From a bacterium (GTDB taxonomy: Bacteria; Patescibacteriota; UBA1384; 2-12-FULL-50-11), in contig JAJTYJ010000001.1 in NCBI GenBank assembly GCA_021463485.1, positions 65,378 to 129,377 of the forward strand: a stretch of 64,000 bases of DNA, read 5' to 3'. The notes under the pieces were generated by a model. The model was not told where the DNA came from. It ran no database searches and was given only the letters and a program-made list of their open reading frames with translations. Positions 46,996 to 55,994 of the stretch are shown piece after piece; the stretch's first letter is position 1, and each line of letters opens with the position of its first letter. The position numbers and the translations under genes are program-made.

Positions 46996-47964
46996 TTGGC
47001 GTGGAAAAATTACCGCCGAGGCAAGCGGAAGAAAGAGGACATTCAGCTTTTCGAGTATCGCTTAGAAGACAACGTCTTCGCTTTGCACCGGGATTTAATT
47101 GACGGAACCTATAGCCCCGGCAGTTACCAGCAGTTCCGTATCACTGATCCGAAGTTGCGTCTGATCAGTAAGGCCAGCGTCAGGGACCGACTCGTTCACC
47201 AGGCGATCTACCAGATTCTTTACCCCCTGTACGACATGACCTTTATTTCCGATTCGTACGCCTGTCGGAAAGACATGGGAACGCATCGAGCGTTTCGCGA
47301 ACTGGTCGACCACGCTCGCCGAGTCAGCAAAAACTACACGGCTCCTTGTTGGGCTATTAAGATGGATATTAAAAAGTTCTTTGACAGTGTTAACCACGAA
47401 ATTCTCAAGAAAATATTAAGAGAACGAATCGGCGACCATCGACTGTTACAGTTGCTCGATCAAATCATCGACAGTTTCGATGTCACGCCCGGGAACGGCA
47501 TGCCGCTCGGCAATCTGACTAGCCAATTGTTCGCCAACGTCTACATGGATCCGTTAGATAAGTTCGTCAAACATAAGCTCAACGCGTCGCACTATCTGCG
47601 ATACGCCGACGATTTTCTATTGCTAGGGCAAAATCCGGAAGAGCTGATCGGCTACTTCGTGGAAATTACCCGATTCTTACGTGAACGGCTGGACTTAAAC
47701 GTTCACCCGACTAAATCGACGCTTCGGAAACTCAATTGGGGAATCGATTTCGTCGGCTACGTCGCCCGGCCGCATCACAGCGTTCCGCGAGCGCGAACCG
47801 TTCGTCGGATTGATCGAATTTTAACAAGGCACATGAGGGACGATCCGGATAAGATTAAATACAGCGTCCCGTCGTATATCGGTTACCTTTGCCACGTGCG
47901 CAGCCAAAAGCTGATTAAACATTTGGTCGGTATCGCTGCGGCTGCTGACAAGGGTGGTACTTAA
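46996..47964 (+). CDS. DGR reverse transcriptase
   Basis: RYADDFLLLG (YxDD box), PLGNLTSQLFANVYM ([IL]GxxxSQ DGR hallmark), 322 aa. Confidence 0.9.
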   Translation: MAWKNYRRGKRKKEDIQLFEYRLEDNVFALHRDLIDGTYSPGSYQQFRITDPKLRLISKASVRDRLVHQAIYQILYPLYDMTFISDSYACRKDMGTHRAFRELVDHARRVSKNYTAPCWAIKMDIKKFFDSVNHEILKKILRERIGDHRLLQLLDQIIDSFDVTPGNGMPLGNLTSQLFANVYMDPLDKFVKHKLNASHYLRYADDFLLLGQNPEELIGYFVEITRFLRERLDLNVHPTKSTLRKLNWGIDFVGYVARPHHSVPRARTVRRIDRILTRHMRDDPDKIKYSVPSYIGYLCHVRSQKLIKHLVGIAAAADKGGT

Positions 47965-48098
47965 ACGGGCTTTTTGTAGGTTTCCAGTTTTTCGATCTCT
48001 TCTTTGGTTTTGGCTTCGTAATTGCATTGAGAGCAACGAAAGTAGGTATCGGTTTTAATCATCGTACCTTTGCATTTCGGACATTTTCGGTAGAGCAT
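47961..48098 (-). CDS. Small zinc-ribbon protein (45 aa)
   Basis: Manual translation MLYRKCPKCKGTMIKTDTYFRCSQCNYEAKTKEEIEKLETYKKPV with two CxxC pairs; below the ORF-track length cutoff. Confidence 0.3.
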   Translation of the reverse strand: MLYRKCPKCKGTMIKTDTYFRCSQCNYEAKTKEEIEKLETYKKPV

Positions 48099-48181
48099 TA
48101 TTCTTTACTATCATATAAAGCCGCTTCTGATAACAAACGCCTCTATTGTAGGGTCATGACATTACAGGTTAGAATCAATCT

Positions 48182-48394
48182 ATGAATGAGCAAGAGCTAA
48201 AAAAAGTCTTTCTAAATCCTTTTTACGCTATCCAATTTGCTCCGTATCTGACGAGTGAGCACGAACCAATGGTCTCAAAAGAGGAGTGGATTGCCGCTAA
48301 CATCAAGCTTATGGACGAACTGGGCAAAGAAGAGTGGCTTCGACAGTTGTTAGAAGTGCTTGAATCGAGCAACCCACCGTCAGCCGAAAAGTAG
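48182..48394 (+). CDS. Hypothetical small protein
   Basis: 70 aa ORF. Confidence 0.3.
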   Translation: MNEQELKKVFLNPFYAIQFAPYLTSEHEPMVSKEEWIAANIKLMDELGKEEWLRQLLEVLESSNPPSAEK

Positions 48395-48461
48395 TAGCTA
48401 GTATCTATTTACTGGGCTTATAATACTATACGTGTGATACAAAAATGGCTATGATACGACC

Positions 48462-48680
48462 ATGAAAAATCAGAACTCCGCGAAAATCCGTAAAGAGCTT
48501 GGCGAAAAGATCCGCAAAGCCCGCGAGAAAGCCAAGCTCACCCAAGCCGATGTCGCTAAAGCGGCCGATATTGATGTAACTTACTTTTCTCGGATCGAGC
48601 GCGGCGAAGCCAATCCCTCCTACGAAATTCTCCACAACATCCTATCAATCCTTAAGGTAGACTCCTTCAAGATTAAGTAG
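48462..48680 (+). CDS. XRE-family HTH transcriptional regulator
   Basis: LGEKIRKAREKAKLTQADVAKAADIDVTYFSRIERGEANPS matches the HTH_3 pattern. Confidence 0.7.
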   Translation: MKNQNSAKIRKELGEKIRKAREKAKLTQADVAKAADIDVTYFSRIERGEANPSYEILHNILSILKVDSFKIK

Positions 48681-48863
48681 TCTCCTCCTGGTACACTTTC
48701 ATTATCTGGTCAACCCATGACAAAAGGTGTTCTAAACAAGTTGCATTAGGGCGACAGTATTGGCGAGAACCAGGTTCGATTTCGACGGAACGAAGTGGAG
48801 GAGAAACCCTGAGCGAAGCGAAGGTATGCCTCTCACCCCGACGGTATTACCGAGAACCAGGTT

Positions 48864-49319
48864 GTGCGGAGAGAAAAATTAGAATACAACAAAAATATGA
48901 TTACATTCTTGCGACAAAACGCACTCCGGATCGCCTGGGTTATCGCGCTAGCCGCTACGATCGGCTCACTCTATTTTAGCGAGGTGGCAGGATACGCGCC
49001 GTGCATCCTTTGTTGGTATCAACGCATCACGATGTATCCGCTCGTTGTTTTCTTATTGGTTGCGATCGTCCGCAAAGACCAAAACATCGCCGCCTATGTG
49101 CTACCATTCACTATCATCGGTGGGTTAATTAGCGTCTATCACAATCTGTTGTACTACAACGTGTTAGAGGAGTCCGAGGCGTCGTGTCGTTTCGGCGTTT
49201 CTTGCACAACAAAATTTATTGAGTGGTTTGGGTTTGTGACGATTCCGCTTCTGTCGTTACTAGCGTTTGCCGCTATCACCGGCTTTGTCTTACTAGCACG
49301 TAAGTTCCCGCAAAAGTAA
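48864..49319 (+). CDS. Disulfide bond formation protein DsbB/BdbC family
   Basis: CILCWYQRITMYP and second Cys pair CRFGVSC; 4 TM; 151 aa. Confidence 0.7.
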   Translation: MRREKLEYNKNMITFLRQNALRIAWVIALAATIGSLYFSEVAGYAPCILCWYQRITMYPLVVFLLVAIVRKDQNIAAYVLPFTIIGGLISVYHNLLYYNVLEESEASCRFGVSCTTKFIEWFGFVTIPLLSLLAFAAITGFVLLARKFPQK

Positions 49320-50057
49320 CTACTCAAAAAACGTCAGCAGCCACATCGAGGCGATTCCGATACTAATAGCACCAAGCTGCGAAATGGTTTTAGACACTGT
49401 TAGATCTTCGCTAATTTTTCGAAGGAGAATCACGATCATGTAGAAGAAGCCGCCCGCCGTAAATGCAAGCGTCTTAATTGCAAACTCATCGTTATTAAAC
49501 CCGTACGTCACCGCTAGTATCATGCCGACGATCGCAAAAAGTCCCGAAAGGAAGTTCCAAAGCAGCGCGCCCCATTTACTAAAATTGGCCTCGCGCAGAA
49601 TTCCGTAGTCGCCTAGTTCTTGCGGTATCTCGTGCAACACTACCGCCATCGTCGTAGCGTAACCGGTAGACGGTGAGATTAAATACGAAGCGGCGATCAA
49701 TAAGCCATCGATCAAATTATGCAAACCGTCCGCCAGGAGATTGAGCCAACCGATCGGCTCTATGCGCTCTGATTGATTCGGGGTATGGCGATGTCGCCAG
49801 TGCAAAAGCTTCTCGAAAATAAAAAATAACGCGAAACCAGCTACGGTGTATAACCCGGCAATTCGTCCCAACTCTTCGAAAGATTCGGGTAATAAGTGAA
49901 AAATAGCGTCCCCGAACAGCGCGCCGACTGCTAGCCCGATCAACCATTGGATCGGATTCTTGAGTCGCTCTTCGCTTATTGCCAGCGTTACAACACCGAT
50001 CAATGAAATAGCGCTGACGATAACGACACTAAGTAACGACTGCTGCCAAACTTCCAT
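49320..50057 (-). CDS. ZIP family metal transporter (ZupT-like)
   Basis: HEIPQELGDYGIL and HNLIDGL motifs; 8 TM. Confidence 0.75.
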   Translation of the reverse strand: MEVWQQSLLSVVIVSAISLIGVVTLAISEERLKNPIQWLIGLAVGALFGDAIFHLLPESFEELGRIAGLYTVAGFALFFIFEKLLHWRHRHTPNQSERIEPIGWLNLLADGLHNLIDGLLIAASYLISPSTGYATTMAVVLHEIPQELGDYGILREANFSKWGALLWNFLSGLFAIVGMILAVTYGFNNDEFAIKTLAFTAGGFFYMIVILLRKISEDLTVSKTISQLGAISIGIASMWLLTFFE

Positions 50058-50117
50058 GGAATTACATTGTAGCCAACCAGCGTAGAATAATACACCGAGC
50101 TGTATTACTATTGCCTG

Positions 50118-50618
50118 GTGAAAAGAAATATCCCAATACTTACTGCGTTTATTCTATTAGTCGTCGTTGGCTTTGCTGTTCATAGGAACCAAACGAACGA
50201 ATCGCCGCTCTCGTTTGAAGCCACAACTAATAGCTCGTTAACTGCGGTGACGGTTAACGACAAAACGTTTACCGTCGAGATCGCACAAACGGAGGAGCAA
50301 AAAGCCCAGGGGTTGTCCGGCCGCGAAACATTAGACAAAAACAGCGGCATGATCTTTGTTTTTGTACCGACGACGATCCCGACGTTTTGGATGCGTGATA
50401 TGAAGTTCGCGCTCGATTTTGTTTGGATTAGTGAGAATTTAGAAGTAGTTGATATCACACGAAACGTCCCACCGCCCGAACCAAACACGCCGCTTGCAGC
50501 GTTGCCGCAATATTCACCAAAAAGCGAGGTCAAGTACGTTTTAGAGATTAATGCCGGTCAAGCTGATGGCATCTCAATCGGTGATCGCGTTACGATACTT
50601 AATACCAGCGCCTTATGA
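50118..50618 (+). CDS. DUF192-domain secreted protein
   Basis: Signal/TM plus MRDMKFALDFVWI block, as recalled for DUF192/COG1430. Confidence 0.55.
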   Translation: MKRNIPILTAFILLVVVGFAVHRNQTNESPLSFEATTNSSLTAVTVNDKTFTVEIAQTEEQKAQGLSGRETLDKNSGMIFVFVPTTIPTFWMRDMKFALDFVWISENLEVVDITRNVPPPEPNTPLAALPQYSPKSEVKYVLEINAGQADGISIGDRVTILNTSAL

Positions 50619-50935
50619 ATAGTTCGTTTGAGCAGAAGGTTCTAGGCGTTATTAAGCTAATACCTAGCGGTAGGGTTGCAAGCTACGGCCAGATCGCTGC
50701 TATGTGTCGCTCGCCTCGAGCTGCTAGAACTGTGGGATGGATCTTGCGCCACTCTCAACAAGAGCTGCCGTGGCACCGCGTCGTTGCTTCCGACGGCCGG
50801 ATCTCAATTTCGAACATTAACATTCCAGCTAGTCAGCAAGCAGCGATGCTCGAGCAAGAGGGGATTGAAATCTTAGAGAAAAAGGGTCACCTTTGGGTTG
50901 ATAAGAAAAACTTTTGGGATGGAACCAACTCGTAA
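50615..50935 (+). CDS. Alkyltransferase-like (ATL) protein / MGMT DNA-binding domain without catalytic Cys
   Basis: SYGQIAAM...PWHRVV: the PCHRV active-site motif has W in place of C. Confidence 0.6.
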   Translation: MNSSFEQKVLGVIKLIPSGRVASYGQIAAMCRSPRAARTVGWILRHSQQELPWHRVVASDGRISISNINIPASQQAAMLEQEGIEILEKKGHLWVDKKNFWDGTNS

Positions 50936-51269
50936 TAATTTGAAAATCGGTGAGTGGGCGTTTTTGGCTGGGATCGTCTTAGCGGTAGCACTAGCAGTCT
51001 TCCCCGGACCCCACGACTTTACAACCCCTGGCCTAGTGTTGGGTGTTCTCGGGTTAATTGTCGGGCTTGTTAATATAAGTAGCAACGAAACACAGCCGTT
51101 TCTGGTTGCCTCAATCACTCTTCTACTAGCCGGAAGTGCTGGTCTGGAAGTATTCCCAAGTCTCGGTTGGGCAATTAGTAATATCTTGTTAAACATCAGC
51201 CAATTCGTGGCTCCTGCTGCGATGATTGTAGCGTTGAAAACCGTGCTGGATATCGCCCGTAAAGCCTAA
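50898..51269 (+). CDS. Hypothetical membrane protein
   Basis: 123 aa; 3-4 TM helices. Confidence 0.35.
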   Translation: MIRKTFGMEPTRNNLKIGEWAFLAGIVLAVALAVFPGPHDFTTPGLVLGVLGLIVGLVNISSNETQPFLVASITLLLAGSAGLEVFPSLGWAISNILLNISQFVAPAAMIVALKTVLDIARKA

Positions 51270-51305
51270 CAATTATCGGTTATTTTGGTAAAATTACAGG
51301 GAACC

Positions 51306-51376
51306 GCGGGAGTGGTTCAATGGTAGAACTCCTGCCTTCCAAGCAGGTGACGCGGGTTCGATTCCCGTCTCCCGCT
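51306..51376 (+). tRNA. tRNA-Trp (anticodon CCA)
   Basis: GCGGGAGTGGTTCAATGGTAGAAC..CTGCC-TTCCAAG-GCAGG..GCGGGTTCGATTCCCGT.CTCCCGCT. Confidence 0.8.
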
Positions 51377-51437
51377 CAATGATTATTGCTACAAAAGAGG
51401 GAACCGAGCGCTAGCTCGTATTCCCGTCTCCCGCTCA

Positions 51438-51710
51438 ATGAAAAAGTATTGGTTTGTGCGCAAAACCTACGGCTGGGGTTGGACGCCTGGCTCCTGGCAA
51501 GGCTGGGCAATTATGGGTGTGTACTTTGGTGGGGTTGCAAATATTGTCTTGAAAGCCGATCAATCAAACGAATCGACAGAATACATAACGAACAACTTAC
51601 TCATTCCAATTACTGTTTTAACGATCGCTCTATTAATTATTACGTATCTAACTGGCGAGAAGCCGAAATGGCAGTGGGGAAAAGAGAAAAATGAAAAACA
51701 AAAACATTGA
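51438..51710 (+). CDS. Hypothetical small membrane protein
   Basis: 90 aa, 2 TM; its start lies within a repeat of the tRNA-Trp 3' end. Confidence 0.35.
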   Translation: MKKYWFVRKTYGWGWTPGSWQGWAIMGVYFGGVANIVLKADQSNESTEYITNNLLIPITVLTIALLIITYLTGEKPKWQWGKEKNEKQKH

Positions 51711-51930
51711 GTTAATCGGTTGGATCGGAGTGGTTATGATCGTCGGCGCGTTTGCGCTTAACACGCTCGCAATCTCCGGACCAGATTCTCTCACATACCT
51801 ATTACTAAACTTTGTTGGTTCAGTTGCAATTATTATCAGCTCTCTTTCAAAAAAGGATTACCAACCAGCTACGTTAAATATAATTTGGGCGGCAATAGCA
51901 ATTGTGGGAATAGTTCGGGCATTACTTTAA
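51691..51930 (+). CDS. Hypothetical small membrane protein
   Basis: 79 aa, 2 TM. Confidence 0.35.
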   Translation: MKNKNIELIGWIGVVMIVGAFALNTLAISGPDSLTYLLLNFVGSVAIIISSLSKKDYQPATLNIIWAAIAIVGIVRALL

Positions 51931-51982
51931 CTAGCAGCTCCAGACTAGATTTTCTCTATAAAACAAGTATACTGCCGATAGA

Positions 51983-52351
51983 ATGTCACGTTTACTAAAA
52001 ATAATTTTGATCGGGATTTTCATTGTATTTATGGTTGGTACTGTCTGGGCTTTTCTTGCGTTGCGCCAGCCAAAACAGGAACAGAAGGCTAATAACGATC
52101 CAAATATTCCACAGACGTCCGAGCAGAAGAAAGAGTCGCCGACACAACCAGCGCCTACTATTACTACCAGCACTACAGACAAGGGCTTTGCTGAAACTCC
52201 AAAAAGGAAGAGCACCCCAGCGACCAATCGAACGTATACAACGTATACCACTACTTACTACTACGAGTATTCCAGTGATGCTTCTGCATCAGCGTCCGCT
52301 AGCGCTAGCGCCGGCGGTAGCTCGGCTCACGCCGAAGCACACGCGGAATAA
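51983..52351 (+). CDS. Hypothetical secreted protein with T/Y-rich and SA-repeat low-complexity tail
   Basis: Signal/TM; TYTTYTTTYYYEY and SASASASASA segments. Confidence 0.35.
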   Translation: MSRLLKIILIGIFIVFMVGTVWAFLALRQPKQEQKANNDPNIPQTSEQKKESPTQPAPTITTSTTDKGFAETPKRKSTPATNRTYTTYTTTYYYEYSSDASASASASASAGGSSAHAEAHAE

Positions 52352-52378
52352 CGCAACTTACAATCAGGAGAAGCAACA

Positions 52379-52999
52379 TTGGCAAATGCAAGTCGATATT
52401 TTAGTTTCGTCCTCTCGCTCTTCCCGATAACACTCTGGGTCGAGCGCGGCGAAGATCACCCTTCGTACAACTCCCAAAGAGACCAGAAACGTCTCAACTG
52501 GAAGACTCGTCGTTTTCTCAAAAAGCGCGACAGGTTCCTGAAAGCCGAGGAAGAATTGCGCGATGCTCGGAACCGTTTGATGGACGAGGTAGGAGAAAGC
52601 GTTCGCTATGTTGAGATCGTCATCGACGGTCACACGTACCGAATCTTACTCGGATACTCTGAGCTTGAAGGTGACCCGGCCGCGGTGGCAGCCGCACTTG
52701 GTAATGAAAACCGAGCAATCTTTGACAAGGCGCTCGAGCGAAACTTCGTCGCTACTGTGACTATTCCATACAAGTTAACGTTTAGCGTCCAACGTATCGT
52801 CGAAGCGATTCAGGCAGTAGTCGCCAAAAAAGGTGGTCGCGTCGAGTATGACCAGCGTGAACCGATTAAGCAGCGGATCAATCGCGGCATTCTAGAATTC
52901 TGGTGCGACACTAAGTCGATTCCGTTTCCAGACGACGCATTCCCAGATCGTCGCTACGCCCGCACCTACGTTGATCCGGTCAAGAAACTGGATTGGTAG
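52379..52999 (+). CDS. Hypothetical protein
   Basis: 206 aa ORF followed by a strong terminator. Confidence 0.4.
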   Translation: MANASRYFSFVLSLFPITLWVERGEDHPSYNSQRDQKRLNWKTRRFLKKRDRFLKAEEELRDARNRLMDEVGESVRYVEIVIDGHTYRILLGYSELEGDPAAVAAALGNENRAIFDKALERNFVATVTIPYKLTFSVQRIVEAIQAVVAKKGGRVEYDQREPIKQRINRGILEFWCDTKSIPFPDDAFPDRRYARTYVDPVKKLDW

Positions 53000-53003
53000 C
53001 GCC

Positions 53004-53031
53004 AAACCCCTCTTCGGAGGGTTCTTTTTTT
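53004..53031 (+). terminator. Rho-independent terminator
   Basis: ccctc-ttcg-gaggg followed by ttcttttttt. Confidence 0.6.
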
Positions 53032-53095
53032 ACCTGTTTTCCGGTAAAATATTGCAACGTCTGATCTTTAACATCACGACATCACGGAGGAAACC

Positions 53096-54118
53096 ATGCA
53101 ATTCATCGGTCGGTATTACCGACCCCTCATGAACGTAACGCGCGCCGGCGCGATCGCATCTGCTCACATGATGGGCTACAACGACCGGAAAGGCGCAGAC
53201 AAAATGGCTGTCGAAGCTATGGAGCGGGAATTCAACAGCCTGCCTTGCTGCTTCAATATCGTCTGTGGGGAAGGCGAGCGCGACAAGGCGCCGCTACTGT
53301 ACCACGGCCAACGACTAGGCGAAGGCGCGCAAGATGCACGCTTGCCGGTTGTTGATATCAGCATTGACCCGCTGGAAGGCACGAACCTCTGCGCGAACGC
53401 TCTACCAAACGCGGTCTCGATTCTCGCCGCAACCCCCGAAGGAGGCCAACGTCCGATACCCGATTGGTACTTGAAGAAGCTGGTCACTGGTCGCGACTCG
53501 AAGCAACACGTTGATATCACCTTCGGCGCGTTAAGAAACGCACGGGTCGTCGCGGAAACGCTCAACCGAGAGCCGAAAGAGATCACTATCGGTATTCTCG
53601 ACCGACCGCGCCATGAGAAGGACATGCAGTCGCTCAAAGACGCTGGATTTCGGCTGAAGCGAGTCCAGGACGGCGACATTCTGCTAGCACTAGCGGTAAT
53701 GATGGGCGAGAGCAACCTTCACATGCTCTGGGGAATCGGTGGCGCACCGGAAGGTGGAATTACCGCCATCGGCGCCGAAGCGTTGAACGGCGGTTTCCAA
53801 GCAATGGTTCCGCACGACGCTGAGCTCGATGAAAAGGATCTCTCGAAAAAGCCAGAACGACTGGAAGAGCGACTGCTGGAATGCGACTTTAAACGCTCAG
53901 AAGTATACGGTATCCGCGATTTCGTTCGATCGAACGAAATGCTGTTAACAGCAACAGCTGTCACCAACAGCGACATCATTCCCGACCTGCGAGGCGTTCG
54001 CTTCTTCTCGCACGGTGCACGCACATCAACAATCGTGATCGGTAAGAGTTTCGGCGTCCCTTTCAAGGACATGGTCGAAAACGTCACCGGCGACGAGAAC
54101 ACACTTTTCCGTCTGTAA
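53096..54118 (+). CDS. glpX: Fructose-1,6-bisphosphatase class II (GlpX-like)
   Basis: 340 aa; N-terminal MAVEAMEREF, DPLEGT and GGAPEG blocks typical of GlpX. Confidence 0.55.
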   Translation: MQFIGRYYRPLMNVTRAGAIASAHMMGYNDRKGADKMAVEAMEREFNSLPCCFNIVCGEGERDKAPLLYHGQRLGEGAQDARLPVVDISIDPLEGTNLCANALPNAVSILAATPEGGQRPIPDWYLKKLVTGRDSKQHVDITFGALRNARVVAETLNREPKEITIGILDRPRHEKDMQSLKDAGFRLKRVQDGDILLALAVMMGESNLHMLWGIGGAPEGGITAIGAEALNGGFQAMVPHDAELDEKDLSKKPERLEERLLECDFKRSEVYGIRDFVRSNEMLLTATAVTNSDIIPDLRGVRFFSHGARTSTIVIGKSFGVPFKDMVENVTGDENTLFRL

Positions 54119-54128
54119 CCAGACAACA

Positions 54129-54151
54129 CCGGGCTTCGGCCCGGTTTTTTT
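54129..54151. terminator. Bidirectional rho-independent terminator between glpX and lepA
   Basis: ccgggc-ttcg-gcccgg followed by ttttttt; a-rich on the 5' side. Confidence 0.65.
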
Positions 54152-55856
54152 ATTGCTTCAGCAAATCTATAAAGACTTTATTAGGTATTTCGACGCGACC
54201 TAAGTTGCGCATTTTTTTCTTACCTTTTTTCTGTTTTTCTAGCAGTTTGTTTTTGCGGGTAACATCACCGCCGTACAACTTAGTGGTCACGTCTTTGCGA
54301 AAGGCAGAGATAGTTTCACGAGCAATAATTTTACCTCCAATCGCCGCTTGTAGCGATACTTCAAAGTTCTGACGTGGTATTAACTCTTTTAGTTTTTTCA
54401 CCATTGCTCGTCCGTACCGCTCGGCCTTTGAACGAACCATATACTGGGTAAATGCATCAACGCGCTCGTCGGCGATAACCAAACCAACCGCAACTAAGTC
54501 TGCTTCGCGATAACCGATTAACTTGTAATCCATCGAGGCGTAGCCAGCGGTTACCGATTTAAGTCGATCGTAAAACTCAACAATGACTTCAGCGAGCGGT
54601 GCCTGGTAACGGCAAATAACGCGATCACCGATGTACTCAACATTTTGAAATTCTGTTCGATATTGAGAGGTTAGTTCGCTGACCGTACCGTAATACCGTT
54701 GCGGGCAGACGATCTCTAAATCGACCCATGGCTCTTGCTGGGCGTTTGGTTCAAGGATGTAAGCAACCGTTGGTGTCGTAACTAAAACAGATACATCGAA
54801 CTCCCGGGCTAAGCGTTCCTTGATAATTTCCATATGCAACAAACCCAGAAAGCCGATATTGTAGCCCGGGCCGAGCGCCTTCGAGTTGACTGGCTCGTAG
54901 TCGAGCGAGGCGTCGTTTAGCTTGAGTTTTTCTAATGCATTACCAAGTAGCCGTTCCTCGCCCGGTTCTGGATAGAAGGAAGCGTAAATCATCGGCTTTG
55001 GCGTTTGATAGCCTGGTAACGCCGCCGTACTATGATGTGCCACAATTGTGTCGCCAACACGGCAGTCTTGAACTGTTTTTAAACCAGTTGCTACGTAACC
55101 GATCTCGCCCTCGCTTAGCTGATCGAGCGTGTATCGCTTGAGTTGTAAATAACCGACTTGGAGCGTTTCGAACTGCGCTTCAGTTGCTTTCATTTGTAAT
55201 TTTTCTTGCTTGGAAATTGAGCCGCTAACGATTTTAACGTACGCGACAACGCCCAAAAATGAGTCAAAGAACGAGTCGAATACTAGAGCTTGCAATTCGT
55301 CTCCCCCCGTAACTTTTGGTGCCGGGATGTCTGTTACAATTTTTTCAAGTAACTCATCGACACCCTCGCCCGTTTTACCAGAAACAAAACAGATATCTTC
55401 GTACGGACAGTTTAGTAAGTTCATTACCTCCTCAGCTGCTTCTTCTGGTTGTGCCGTTGGCAAGTCTATTTTATTAATCACAGGGATTACCCGCAGATTT
55501 AGTTTTTGCGCTTGATAGAGGTTAGTCAGCGTTTGCGCTTGGATACCTTGGCTCGCATCAACTAACAATAGTACCCCCTCGACAGCAGCGAGCGAGCGCG
55601 AGACTTCGTACCCAAAATCGACATGACCGGGCGTGTCAATAAGATTCAGTTGGTACTCCTGTCCGTTACACCGATACAACATTCTGGCTGGGTTGAGCTT
55701 AATAGTAATCCCTTTTTCCTTCTCGAGATCCATCGTATCTAGTAGCTGATTACCACTCCCCGTTTTAACCGAACCGGTTTTTTCCAACAAGCGATCGGCA
55801 AGCGTCGACTTACCGTGATCAATATGAGCTATAATCGCAAAATTACGGATATTCAT
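54150..55856 (-). CDS. lepA: Translation elongation factor 4 (LepA)
   Basis: IRNFAIIAHIDHGKSTL G1, DTPGH G3, LepA C-terminal domain, 568 aa. Confidence 0.9.
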   Translation of the reverse strand: MNIRNFAIIAHIDHGKSTLADRLLEKTGSVKTGSGNQLLDTMDLEKEKGITIKLNPARMLYRCNGQEYQLNLIDTPGHVDFGYEVSRSLAAVEGVLLLVDASQGIQAQTLTNLYQAQKLNLRVIPVINKIDLPTAQPEEAAEEVMNLLNCPYEDICFVSGKTGEGVDELLEKIVTDIPAPKVTGGDELQALVFDSFFDSFLGVVAYVKIVSGSISKQEKLQMKATEAQFETLQVGYLQLKRYTLDQLSEGEIGYVATGLKTVQDCRVGDTIVAHHSTAALPGYQTPKPMIYASFYPEPGEERLLGNALEKLKLNDASLDYEPVNSKALGPGYNIGFLGLLHMEIIKERLAREFDVSVLVTTPTVAYILEPNAQQEPWVDLEIVCPQRYYGTVSELTSQYRTEFQNVEYIGDRVICRYQAPLAEVIVEFYDRLKSVTAGYASMDYKLIGYREADLVAVGLVIADERVDAFTQYMVRSKAERYGRAMVKKLKELIPRQNFEVSLQAAIGGKIIARETISAFRKDVTTKLYGGDVTRKNKLLEKQKKGKKKMRNLGRVEIPNKVFIDLLKQ

Positions 55857-55994
55857 ACCTGTTAATTTTACCTGATCTGAGGTTGATACTCTAGACGAAG
55901 CGCTTTAAGAAATAGACCGCACCAGCGACTAACGCCGCCAGTATGACAATCGAAATAAGTACCGATACGCAGCCGCTAGCGTGGCGCGACTTAT

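Larger units (their letters stand above)
25332..48845. mobile_element. Putative integrated conjugative/mobilizable element (serine-recombinase type) inserted beside tRNA-Pro(TGG)
   Basis: Left end: tRNA-Pro with a large serine recombinase directly adjacent and antisense. Cargo: T4SS genes, T4CP, Replic_Relax-like, Fic, ion-channel operon, vWA-MoxR-DGR, XRE. Right end: 14-nt copy of the tRNA-Pro 3' end (cctctcaccccgac) at 48829-48842, preceded by a degenerate aggttcga T-loop-like segment. Confidence 0.5.

Noticed and set aside
52280-52320. gcatcagcgtccgctagcgctagcgcc SA-repeat
   Set aside because: Short imperfect microsatellite encoding SASASA within an ORF; not a standalone repeat feature
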